Position numbers and translations under genes: made by a program
Assembly (NCBI GenBank): GCA_963743635.1
Contig: CAVUQO010000003.1
Span: 32,001-96,000 of the forward strand
DNA from: Candidatus Babeliales bacterium
GTDB lineage: Bacteria > Babelota > Babeliae > Babelales > Vermiphilaceae
Length of the DNA stretch: 64,000 nucleotides
Direction: 5' to 3'
Shown: positions 8,540 through 17,793 of the stretch, one piece after another
Layout of the letters: each line of letters starts with the position of its first letter
Numbering within the stretch: position 1 is the first letter of the stretch
Notes under the pieces: model-generated
Told to the model about the DNA's origin: nothing
Databases searched by the model: none
What the model saw: only the letters and a program-made list of their open reading frames with translations

Positions 8540-10615
8540 ATGAAGATGATGCAAAAAATAACCCTTATGGCGCTCGTAGCTAGCCTCTACAATCAGCCGA
8601 TTTTTGCGATGAGCGAGGAAGCCTTAGAAGAATGGAAAAAAGCAGCAGGAGAAGCGAAAGCCGCAGCAGCCCAACAATTTCCCATTGCAAGCGCATCATC
8701 ATCGAGTAGTTCAACGAAGGAAAACATTCAACTATTGAGTAAGTTGGGCATTCGAAGGCTCATTATTATTTTTGATCCAGAGAATAATGAATGGTCAATA
8801 CAATGCTCTAATCCGCGAGCACTTCAAGGCACTCTCAAGCAGGCTTTAGTAGAGTGTAGCGCTCCCATAATAACGACTCCCTTCTTATATGAATATGCTA
8901 AAAAATGCGTATTCACTGACTCCACTATTAATCAACAATGGAAAAAATATAGAACTCGAGGCGACGATAAATACCTTGTTGTACTGATTCCAAATAGAGA
9001 GCCCTATAATGTATGGCTCAGCAATATTGATTCCTCGCCAAGGCCTCTAACGGAAAGCGAGCTCATGCTCGGCATAAAAATAAGGCAACTACAAGAGATG
9101 CCTAACAACTTTAATACGTCAGCCGTTAAAATGAACTTAAAAGAAGAACTCCAAAAAATCCTAATAACCTATAATGATTTAAAAAAAGCTGGATTGCCTG
9201 ATGACCATAGTAATATGTGGGACATTTACCTTACGGGGCACGGCAATCTAGAGAGTAAAAACAAAAGGGCTCCTCAGGAAGCCACTATAGCGAGCATTCC
9301 GATACCAAGTTTTAAACAATTTCTTAATTTTTTAAATTATGGCATCAGCACAAGAAGTTTTTATTACGACACATGTTTTGGAGGCGGTACACATTTAAAA
9401 GAGCCGTACCAATATGAAATAGAAAAGGATGCCAAGCATGCAAATGCTCAAGTGGAAAAAGAAGCACGCGACCAAAATCTTAAATTTTTGATAATTTCTG
9501 CAACTACATACGCAAAAACCACACAAGCGGACATCCAAACGGCACCTTCAGGGCAAACCATTGTCGCAACCATTAATTTTAATGCTTATTTCACAACACT
9601 GAATAATTACTTTCAGGACTCTAAGGAACACACCAAGGAAGAATTATCGAAAGCGATTAATTATCTCTCTACATGGGAGAAATCATTTGATCCCGCAAGA
9701 CCGGAATGGCTACAGCTTCCCGCAGTGCGTTTTCCCAATACCGAGAAATTTGTTAATCCTGACATGGATAAAATTTTTCAGTTAACTGATCGCGCCATAG
9801 AACATGCAATACAGCATGGCAAAAAAGAGCTCAAAATTCCCAAAGAAACTAAAATTATCTTACTCCAGTCGCACTATGTTCCGATAAAAATTACCATTGA
9901 AGGAGATAGTATGCCACTGTTACTACCGTCAACAAATACCGTCAATTCTTCATACTTTTTTAAGGAAATTGAGGCGCCAAACGTTTATTTATTTTCAGAA
10001 AATAAGGGCCTTGTGACTTTTTCAAAAATGATTGAAAACATCAAAGAACGATTTTATGAAACGGGTAGAGTAAAAAGGGCACTTAATATACCAGATGCTA
10101 AGGTTGTTTTTTTGGTTGCAACATTAATCTTAAAAAGGAATGATCAATCAAAGTCAACCCTCAAAGACTCATTGGTGAATCTATCAGGGTGGGGATTGCC
10201 TACAATAAAAATAACTACAGATAAAGCTGAAAATTTTGATTTTCGTACATTGCCACAACCCCCAGGGGAATACGATCCTAAATTTTTCCTCGAAGAAAAG
10301 AGTAGCGATGCATCGTTCATTAATTTAATAAATCGGGCAAAAAAAAGAGCCCTCATGGAACAATACTTAACATTCAAAGATAAGCCGGCGCTTCTTGATA
10401 CTTGGAAAAAAATAATTCCCCAAGCAGATCTCCAAACGTTTAATGATTATCAAAAACTGGTAGACAAAGCATTTTCATTCAAGGGTAATCAAGGCGCATT
10501 TGATGAATGGTTAAATGCCATGCCTCGTCCTAGTGGCGGATATACCTATAGTGATGAATATCACTTTATACGTGATTTCTTCAAAGATGACCATCCCGAA
10601 CTTCAAATTCCATAA
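8540..10615 (+). CDS. Secreted protein with putative clan CD (caspase/legumain-like) cysteine protease motifs
   Basis: Signal peptide like that of 3960; DIYLTGHG and FYYDTCFGG motifs ~45 aa apart. Confidence 0.6.
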   Translation: MKMMQKITLMALVASLYNQPIFAMSEEALEEWKKAAGEAKAAAAQQFPIASASSSSSSTKENIQLLSKLGIRRLIIIFDPENNEWSIQCSNPRALQGTLKQALVECSAPIITTPFLYEYAKKCVFTDSTINQQWKKYRTRGDDKYLVVLIPNREPYNVWLSNIDSSPRPLTESELMLGIKIRQLQEMPNNFNTSAVKMNLKEELQKILITYNDLKKAGLPDDHSNMWDIYLTGHGNLESKNKRAPQEATIASIPIPSFKQFLNFLNYGISTRSFYYDTCFGGGTHLKEPYQYEIEKDAKHANAQVEKEARDQNLKFLIISATTYAKTTQADIQTAPSGQTIVATINFNAYFTTLNNYFQDSKEHTKEELSKAINYLSTWEKSFDPARPEWLQLPAVRFPNTEKFVNPDMDKIFQLTDRAIEHAIQHGKKELKIPKETKIILLQSHYVPIKITIEGDSMPLLLPSTNTVNSSYFFKEIEAPNVYLFSENKGLVTFSKMIENIKERFYETGRVKRALNIPDAKVVFLVATLILKRNDQSKSTLKDSLVNLSGWGLPTIKITTDKAENFDFRTLPQPPGEYDPKFFLEEKSSDASFINLINRAKKRALMEQYLTFKDKPALLDTWKKIIPQADLQTFNDYQKLVDKAFSFKGNQGAFDEWLNAMPRPSGGYTYSDEYHFIRDFFKDDHPELQIP

Positions 10616-10622
10616 ATACGCA

Positions 10623-10655
10623 TGCCCAACCGAGGAGCAATTCCCCGGTTGGGCA
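10623..10655. repeat. Repeated intergenic hairpin, copy 3
   Basis: TGCCCAACCGAGGAGCAATTCCCCGGTTGGGCA, one change from copies 1 and 2. Confidence 0.85.
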
Positions 10656-10668
10656 TAATTCCAAAAAA

Positions 10669-11262
10669 TCATCCAAATAACTGTGTACATATTATATGCG
10701 TTGGAATACAGACAAGAAGCGGATAACCAATCAGCAATAGTATAAACCAGACCGTAACTGAGATTTTTTTCCAATGATACAGAGCGGGCATAAAAACCCA
10801 ATTGATATTCAACTCATGATCAGTGCACAAATACGTAGCAATAAATATAAGCCATACAAGCGGCACTGCGTAGAACAATGCGCGCGCATCATAACCCCAT
10901 AAGAGCGTTAACCAAAACCAGACAACCGGCATAATGACGTGAAAAAGCGAAAGCGATCTCAAAAATAGCGTATGCCGCGGCTGAAACATATAATGCGCAA
11001 GTCCAAACATACTTCTGCGGGTAACAAGCTCTACCAAGAAATCGATATTCCACGCCAGCTCTACTAATACAAATGCACAGATACACACGCTAATTATTAA
11101 TGGGGATTCAAACCAAACTGCAGCAAGCGTCAGAAACAAACCAATGTCTGACATCCATAAAAAATTCTGTGGGCCATAATATTTCCAGTACACCCATACC
11201 AAAACGGCAACAAAGAGGGTAAATATGCTCTTCATCAACAGGATTGCTTCCATCATTTTCAT
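10669..11262 (-). CDS. Integral membrane protein of unknown function
   Basis: About six hydrophobic segments; NFLWMSDI, LSLFH and NINW motifs; AAGGA RBS. Confidence 0.75.
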   Translation of the reverse strand: MKMMEAILLMKSIFTLFVAVLVWVYWKYYGPQNFLWMSDIGLFLTLAAVWFESPLIISVCICAFVLVELAWNIDFLVELVTRRSMFGLAHYMFQPRHTLFLRSLSLFHVIMPVVWFWLTLLWGYDARALFYAVPLVWLIFIATYLCTDHELNINWVFMPALYHWKKISVTVWFILLLIGYPLLVCIPTHIICTQLFG

Positions 11263-11394
11263 ATTCCTTTATTTTTGGTCAGATAAGGATCTATTGCCAA
11301 CCTAGAACAATGAACCCCTCAGATGCCAGCAATTTGATGTCCATTGACTTTTTTTTCTGTGCCTCAGATATATACCTGCTCTAATTATTGCTTT

Positions 11395-11522
11395 ATAAAT
11401 AAGTAAAATCCCCTCCCCCCGTTCATCCTGAGTGATTCTATCCTGATCCCGATCCTGAGCTTAGCGAAGGAATGAAGGATGAAGGAGAGAATTGTGCGAA
11501 GGATTTTAAATTAGATAATTCA
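11395..11522. repeat. Composite REP-like element (CCGTTCATCCTGAG...CGAAGGA type)
   Basis: Reverse complement aligns with 37624-37842 (tgaattatct.atttaaaatccttcgcaca ... gattttacttattt). Confidence 0.7.
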
Positions 11523-11596
11523 GGTTCTGTGAACCACATTTAGAGAACCCTGAAAATCTAACAATTTTAATCAATGCGGACTAAATGTAGGTCACT

Positions 11597-11994
11597 GATC
11601 GTCTTTGCGAGGACGAAATACGACATCCGCTGCAAAGCGGTGTTGTATGAGGACGTGGCAATCCAGGGTAATTAAATAAAGAAGTCATTAGAAAAGTTAT
11701 TATGAAAACACCAGCAGTATATATCCTTAGTAATAGAAAAAATCGGGCACTCTATGCTGGGTGTTACCTTCGATTTGGTACGATCCTTCGCCCCATTCGC
11801 CTCTTCGCATTCTTTATCCGGATGAGCGGCTTTAGCGCCTCTAGTTCTGAGCTAGTCGAAGAATCAGGGTCAGGACTACGAACATAAAAATCATCTTATT
11901 GTAGGACTTTTTTATGACATATTCCTGGATTGCCACCTCCTTATACAACACCGCTTTACAGCGGATGTCGTATTTCGTCGTCGCAAAGACGATC
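11597..11994. mobile_element. GIY-YIG cassette bounded by 71-bp inverted repeats (REPIN/MITE-like)
   Basis: 11597-11667 is the reverse complement of 11924-11994 with 4 mismatches; each arm has an internal hairpin. Confidence 0.75.
11702..11923 (+). pseudogene. Small GIY-YIG endonuclease remnant
   Basis: MKTPAVYILSNRKNRALYAG, frameshift to GVTFDLVR, ~90-bp repeat insertion, then YEHKNHLIVG; matches the small GIY-YIG pattern vYIl...lYiGvT.dL.rR.yeHk; C-terminus missing. Confidence 0.75.
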
Positions 11995-12360
11995 GAGAGA
12001 TCTTTGGTTCTTCGTTAGGCTCCCGGCCTTCACTACCGTTCCCTACTACGCTAAAGCTTCGAAGGGCAGGCAGGACGATCAGAAAATGAATGCCTTTTTT
12101 ACACAAATTACCTAATGTCCCTATTGTACAATAAAAGATGTGGGTAAAGCATAGAACCTGACGAAGGATGCGAAGAGTCGAATGGGTGATGAAAAACATC
12201 ACTTAATATGAGCTCCCTAGACCGAGTTCGCGTTCGAGTAACCGAGGGGGCCGATTGAGGAATTTGGCCATTTGCGCTATACTATAGATATGCCTGGAAA
12301 CAGGCCTCATCCCTGCAAAACCCTAAAAAACTGCTCCAAAAATCTAAAAAATGGTGAAAA

Positions 12361-13674
12361 ATGGCACACATTAAACCAGATCATTTACCTGCTTTGCCAG
12401 GTATATATACGTTTAAGGCTCCTGATGGAACCGTGCTTTACGTCGGTAAAGCCAATTCCATTAAAGACCGTGTGGGCTCCTATTTTCAAAATTATAAGAA
12501 AGATTGGAAAATCAGCGCCCTGCTCGATGAGCATGCCCGGGTGGATTTCATTCTAACCAAGAATGAGACTGAAGCCCTCCTTTTAGAAGCCAAGCTGATC
12601 CAAGAGCATAAGCCGAAATTTAACGTCCTTCTGAAGGAAGGCCAGCCATTTTTATACATTCTCTTTACCCAAGGCACCGGGAAGAATCCACTCCCTATCA
12701 TTAAGATCGTCCGGACCAAGAAAGAAAAAGGAACCTATTTTGGACCTTTTTTACAAAAAACCCAAGTCCGCAGCGTTCATCGGTTCTTGATCAAAACCTT
12801 CAAACTAACTCTCTGTAATAAGAAATTAGAAAACGGATGCCTCGATTATCATATTGGTCTCTGCGCGGGTAACTGCCGTTCAGATTTTAATGAGAGCGAT
12901 TATCGCTTTCGCATGACGCTCGCTCACAAAGTTTTACACAACGAACAAACAAGTTTTATCGCTCATATCAAAGAGGCGATTGCGGTGAGCAATGCGAACC
13001 TGGAATTTGAAAAATCAAAGTATTTGCATGAATATTTGGAGAGCGTCGATACAATCTTCGGGACTATTCGACTTCGTTTCTCTGAGGCCAAATTTGCAAC
13101 CGATATTTTTGCAGTGACTACCCCAACTGGCAATCTCGAAGAACAGCATGCTTCGATCGGTATTGAGATCCAAAAATTCCTTGGATTGCCCGCTCCTGTT
13201 TCGAGCATCGACTGCTTTGATATCTCCCATTTTCAGAGTCAGTCAATCGTCGGCTCCTGCGTCCGTTTTACCAACGGAATTCCCGCTAAAGATTTTTTTA
13301 GAAAATTTAATATCAAGACACTCAAGGTTCAGAACGATTATGCTGCTCTACAAGAGATTGTAGGCCGCCGCTATAAAGATCAAGAAATGATGCCCGACCT
13401 TATTCTCATTGATGGGGGTAAGGGACAACTGAGCGCAGTGCGCGCGATATTGCCAAACGCCCAGATTGTCAGCCTTGCAAAACGAGAAGAACGATTATAT
13501 TCCACGAACCATCCAGAAGGTGTTACTCTTGATGTTGAAACGCCAGTTGGTAAAATATTTATAGCACTCAGAGATTATGCACACCACTTTGCGATTAGCC
13601 ATCATCGCACGCGTCAACGAAAAAATATAGGAGCATCAAATGACCCCGGAACAATTCACGAACGCAAGTTATGA
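12361..13674 (+). CDS. uvrC: Excinuclease ABC subunit C (short form)
   Basis: PGIY...LYVGKA GIY-YIG domain, YFGPF, Cys-rich CLDYHIGLCAGNC, DCFDISH, LIDGGKGQL, LRDYAHHFA. Confidence 0.93.
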   Translation: MAHIKPDHLPALPGIYTFKAPDGTVLYVGKANSIKDRVGSYFQNYKKDWKISALLDEHARVDFILTKNETEALLLEAKLIQEHKPKFNVLLKEGQPFLYILFTQGTGKNPLPIIKIVRTKKEKGTYFGPFLQKTQVRSVHRFLIKTFKLTLCNKKLENGCLDYHIGLCAGNCRSDFNESDYRFRMTLAHKVLHNEQTSFIAHIKEAIAVSNANLEFEKSKYLHEYLESVDTIFGTIRLRFSEAKFATDIFAVTTPTGNLEEQHASIGIEIQKFLGLPAPVSSIDCFDISHFQSQSIVGSCVRFTNGIPAKDFFRKFNIKTLKVQNDYAALQEIVGRRYKDQEMMPDLILIDGGKGQLSAVRAILPNAQIVSLAKREERLYSTNHPEGVTLDVETPVGKIFIALRDYAHHFAISHHRTRQRKNIGASNDPGTIHERKL

Positions 13675-16198
13675 ACTCATTTCACGCAGTGCGCAGCTCG
13701 CGACGCAGCGCCATAACCCCGCACTACTTCCTCTTCATACGCTCATGGTTGGTCTTGATGATCAATTTTGTGCCAGTTATTTTACTGCACTCAATGTGCC
13801 GGTTACAGCCTTACGCTCACTGACCGAAGAAGAACTCAATAAACTTCCTACCGTTACGGGTGCACAGCTCGTCATGGATCTCAGCATGCAAACATTCATT
13901 GATAACTGCAAAAAAGAAGCTGATGCAATGGGCGATAAATATATCAGCCTTGAACACTTCTTGCTTCAATGGGCCGTAACGCCCGCATTACCCGAATCGA
14001 TAAAAACATTTTTGCGCAATCACACTTTTACTTATGATGCAGTAAGCGCCCTCATGCGCCAAATACGAAAAGGAAAAACCGTGAACGATAAAAATGCAGA
14101 AAACCAATACCAAGTATTGGAAAAATATTGCCAAAATATCACCGATCTCGCACGCCAAGGGAAATTAGATCCCGTCATTGGACGCCACGAAGAAATTCGA
14201 CGCGTGATTCAAATTTTATCCCGCCGCACCAAAAACAATCCAGTACTCATCGGCGAACCCGGCGTCGGTAAAACGGCAATCGTTGAGGGAATAGCACAAC
14301 GCATTATTAATAATGATGTTCCTGAGAGTCTTAAAAATAAACGTATCTATTCGCTCGATCTTGGCCTTCTTATTGCGGGCGCAAAATACCAAGGTGAATT
14401 TGAAGATCGCTTAAAAGGCGTACTCAAAGAAGTTGAAAGCGGCGAAGACAACATCATTTTATTCATCGACGAGCTGCACATGCTGGTTGGTGCGGGCGCA
14501 TCAGGCGGCGGCATGGATGCTTCCAATCTTTTAAAGCCGGCACTCGCGCGCGGCACACTGCACTGCATTGGCGCAACAACGCTCGCCGAATATAAAAAAT
14601 ATATCGAAAAAGATGCGGCGCTCGAACGCCGATTCCAGCCAGTACTCGTTCCTGAGCCATCGGTAGAAGATGCCATTTCAATCTTGCGCGGCCTTAAAGA
14701 GCGCTATGAAATGCATCATGGTATTCGCATTACCGATCAAGCACTCGTGAGTGCAGTTCGCTTAGCCGCCACCTACATACCTGATCGTTTTCTGCCCGAT
14801 AAAGCAATTGACTTGATCGACGAGGCAGCGGCAAAAGTAAAAATGTCGATCGATTCGCAACCAGAAGCAATTGATAAGCTCGATCGTAAGATGCGGCAGC
14901 TTGAGATTGAAAAAGTAGCGCTTACCAAAGAGAAGGATGAAGCAGCAAAAAGTCGCTTAGCCACTCTTGAAAAAGAACTCGCTGATATCAAAGAGCAACA
15001 TCAAAAGCTGCTCAATCAATGGCGCGCCGAAAAAGCTCCGCTTGAAAAGGTCAATAAACTCAAAGAAGAAATCGATCGCGCTACGTATGCATTCCAAGCA
15101 GCCGAACGAAACGGCGATTATGCAAAAGCGTCTGAAATCAAATATGGCAAATTGGCGCAGCTTGAAAAACAACTCGAAACTGAACAAGAAAAGCTCGCAA
15201 AAACCACAACCGGGTTGGTGAAGCAAGAAGTTGATGAGGATGATATTGCGGCCGTGGTTGCCCGATGGACAAAAATTCCGGTCGAAAAATTGAAAGCGAG
15301 CGAATCTGAAAAATTGCTCAGGATGGAAGAGATCCTCAAGAAACGTATCATTGGCCAGGATGAAGCAATCAAGACGGTGACGCACGCAATTCAGGTGCAC
15401 CGCGCGGGACTTACTTCACCCACTAAACCGATTGGTTCATTCCTATTTCTCGGGCCGACGGGCGTTGGTAAAACGGAAGTTGCTAAAACACTCGCCGACT
15501 TTTTATTCAATGATCCGCACAAAATGATTCGCATCGACATGTCTGAATACATGGAAAAACATGCCGTTGCACGCCTTATCGGCGCACCTCCGGGATACGT
15601 TGGCTATGAAGAGGGCGGACAACTCACTGAACAAGTTCGCCGCAATCCCTATAGTGTTATTCTGTTTGATGAAGTTGAAAAAGCGCATCCGGATGTTTTT
15701 AACATCTTTCTGCAAATCCTTGATGAAGGCAGATTGACCGATAGCCAAGGACGCACGGTATCATTCAAAAATTGCATCATCATCATGAGTTCCAATATCG
15801 GATCTGATATTATTCTCGCCGCAAAAGAAATCGCTGAGAGCGTCAAAAAAGAGGTCGAGAAAATACTCCATAAGAGTTTCCGCCCTGAATTTTTAAATCG
15901 TATCGATGCGATTGTATTCTTCAAACGGCTCAATGAGCAAGATATCGAAAAGATCGCACGCATTCATATTAAAGATCTTGAAAAACGCCTTGCGGAACAA
16001 CATATTACCGTTACCATCGATGATGCGGTTATTAAGGAAGTTGCGGAACAAGGGTACGTGGAAGAATTTGGCGCGCGTCCATTAAAGCGAACCGTCCATA
16101 ACCTCATTACCGTTCCGATTTCACAACACCTGCTGCAACACCCTGCAGTAAAGACGCTGCATGTTTCGGTGAAGAAGGGCGTGATTACAATCGAGTAA
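13640..16198 (+). CDS. clpB: ATP-dependent chaperone ClpB
   Basis: Two AAA+ modules ([16 protein letters not shown]), long coiled-coil middle domain, [18 protein letters not shown]. Confidence 0.96.
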   Translation: MTPEQFTNASYELISRSAQLATQRHNPALLPLHTLMVGLDDQFCASYFTALNVPVTALRSLTEEELNKLPTVTGAQLVMDLSMQTFIDNCKKEADAMGDKYISLEHFLLQWAVTPALPESIKTFLRNHTFTYDAVSALMRQIRKGKTVNDKNAENQYQVLEKYCQNITDLARQGKLDPVIGRHEEIRRVIQILSRRTKNNPVLIGEPGVGKTAIVEGIAQRIINNDVPESLKNKRIYSLDLGLLIAGAKYQGEFEDRLKGVLKEVESGEDNIILFIDELHMLVGAGASGGGMDASNLLKPALARGTLHCIGATTLAEYKKYIEKDAALERRFQPVLVPEPSVEDAISILRGLKERYEMHHGIRITDQALVSAVRLAATYIPDRFLPDKAIDLIDEAAAKVKMSIDSQPEAIDKLDRKMRQLEIEKVALTKEKDEAAKSRLATLEKELADIKEQHQKLLNQWRAEKAPLEKVNKLKEEIDRATYAFQAAERNGDYAKASEIKYGKLAQLEKQLETEQEKLAKTTTGLVKQEVDEDDIAAVVARWTKIPVEKLKASESEKLLRMEEILKKRIIGQDEAIKTVTHAIQVHRAGLTSPTKPIGSFLFLGPTGVGKTEVAKTLADFLFNDPHKMIRIDMSEYMEKHAVARLIGAPPGYVGYEEGGQLTEQVRRNPYSVILFDEVEKAHPDVFNIFLQILDEGRLTDSQGRTVSFKNCIIIMSSNIGSDIILAAKEIAESVKKEVEKILHKSFRPEFLNRIDAIVFFKRLNEQDIEKIARIHIKDLEKRLAEQHITVTIDDAVIKEVAEQGYVEEFGARPLKRTVHNLITVPISQHLLQHPAVKTLHVSVKKGVITIE

Positions 16199-16201
16199 CG
16201 C

Positions 16202-16242
16202 ACGAACAGGCTCGAGTTTTTATCGAGCCCGTTCGTTTTTTT
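16202..16242 (+). terminator. Intrinsic terminator after clpB
   Basis: CGAACAGGCTCGA/TCGAGCCCGTTCG stem followed by a T run. Confidence 0.75.
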
Positions 16243-16393
16243 CGCACAAAAAATTCAGTTCCTTGCTTTTATGTCAAAAATATAAGTACCCTAGCCTTGC
16301 ATTCAGAGTTGGAGCAGGAGAGAAATTGTTGTTGACCCTGTATTAAATACCGATAGACTACCACTCGACTGAATAACTCTTTTCTAAGGAGAG

Positions 16394-17377
16394 ATGGTTA
16401 TGAAAATAATCCGCCATTCTCGAAAAATGTTCGTCTATTCACTTTCTCTTCTATTATCTGCGCAGCAGATTTGCTGCATGCAACCAGAACACCGCCCATT
16501 AAAGGTTGATGCGCGAAATCAAATAGCAATCGCAGATACCATAAAAAGCTTATCTACCACGAATGCCCGCCTCGATAAGATGCAAGTCTTTCTTGGATCT
16601 GTGATCAACAACACTGAGTTACGGAGGGCCGATCTAACAACAGCTGATTTTGAAAATATACCACTTGATGACATAACTATTAACGGTAAAAATCTAGAAC
16701 AAACCCAACAACTAATCATCACGATGCAAAAAGAGGTTGCACGTAATAATGCACGCAGATTTCCATCATGGGCGGCATACACTAATGCGCGCCAAAATGA
16801 AACGCGTTCAAAGACCTTAAGTACTGCCGTTGCAGGCTTTGTACTCAAAAAGATGCGCTTCGAGCCTGATCTGAGTATTATTACCGGCGGCGGACGAAGT
16901 CTCCCTGAAAATCCGCATGATCTTGATGCAGTCGACATCATTAACGCCTTAAGAATAGCGCTGGGGCCCGTCAAGGAGACCGCCATATTTCTTGGTAAAA
17001 CTATAGAAGACTACAAGAAAGAACTTGAAGCACAACATACATTTTTTATAGACACCCCATGTTGCTACACTCCTCTTGGTAGAAGCAGACAAGCTTTAAG
17101 CCATAAAATAGATTTGCGAGCTCTTGCGATTCCGCTTGTTTGTTTTGCTCAAAAACAAGAATTCTTGAAACAAACGAATGAAGCCTATCCACCTTCATAC
17201 CAAAATCCTGGCGCAGGCGTGGGAGCTTCAATCCCCGCACAACCATCGGATCCTAATCAGACACAACAACCTCCTACATATACAGAAAAGCCTTTTCCGG
17301 AAGCGCAATTTGCCAGTCCTTTTGTGGCAGGCAGTGCGAATACAGGCTCAATTAATAATAATGGAAACGGCAAGTAA
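16394..17377 (+). CDS. Secreted hypothetical protein with Pro/Gln-rich tail
   Basis: AAGGAG RBS, signal peptide ...QQICC|MQ, tail with PPSY and PPTY. Confidence 0.75.
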   Translation: MVMKIIRHSRKMFVYSLSLLLSAQQICCMQPEHRPLKVDARNQIAIADTIKSLSTTNARLDKMQVFLGSVINNTELRRADLTTADFENIPLDDITINGKNLEQTQQLIITMQKEVARNNARRFPSWAAYTNARQNETRSKTLSTAVAGFVLKKMRFEPDLSIITGGGRSLPENPHDLDAVDIINALRIALGPVKETAIFLGKTIEDYKKELEAQHTFFIDTPCCYTPLGRSRQALSHKIDLRALAIPLVCFAQKQEFLKQTNEAYPPSYQNPGAGVGASIPAQPSDPNQTQQPPTYTEKPFPEAQFASPFVAGSANTGSINNNGNGK

Positions 17378-17398
17378 CATTCTGCCGTTTTAAAACCA

Positions 17399-17433
17399 GG
17401 GGGCGGATTATATTTTCTCCATAGTCCGCCCCC
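17399..17433. terminator. Hairpin between convergent genes
   Basis: GGGGGCGGA.TAT/ATAGTCCGCCCCC. Confidence 0.6.
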
Positions 17434-17464
17434 GAGTTATTTTTATTGGATATCGTATTTAGGA

Positions 17465-17671
17465 TTACTCCTTCTTCGCTGGATAAGCCCACTCGCGCAA
17501 CAATCCAAACACGAGGTGCACAAACATGCCAAGAATAACAATAAAGAGGAGTGGATGCTCCCTACCCGCAAAATATAAGCTCACAACAGAATTTGGTCTT
17601 TTGTATATAAAAAGCCAAAGAATTGCCGCAACAAAATAAGGAATTATCCACAATACCGTTCTTCTATTCAT
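17465..17671 (-). CDS. Small two-TM membrane protein
   Basis: AAGGAG RBS before ATG 17671; two hydrophobic helices. Confidence 0.6.
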   Translation of the reverse strand: MNRRTVLWIIPYFVAAILWLFIYKRPNSVVSLYFAGREHPLLFIVILGMFVHLVFGLLREWAYPAKKE

Positions 17672-17793
17672 TACATACTCCTTTAACGTTTTTATTAGGA
17701 AAATTATCGCCGATGACTTCACATACCACTTGATTGAATGTCTAGAAATTAGTAAGTATTAATCATCAAGACAGACTCATTAAGGAGAGTAAC

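Noticed and set aside
6858..10655. Three 33-bp repeats as a CRISPR array or integron attC sites
   Set aside because: Spacing is 1.6-2.2 kb of whole genes, no cas or integrase gene is in the window, and no RYYYAAC/GTTRRRY attC ends bound the hairpin
11912..12556. ORFs 11912-12202(-), 11930-12115(+) and 12272-12556(+)
   Set aside because: They translate palindromic repeat DNA or overlap uvrC out of frame, with no recognisable motifs
14347..16203. Many antisense ORFs inside clpB (and similarly inside gspD, infB, nusA, ldh)
   Set aside because: Expected antisense shadows of long conserved genes; no RBS or domain evidence
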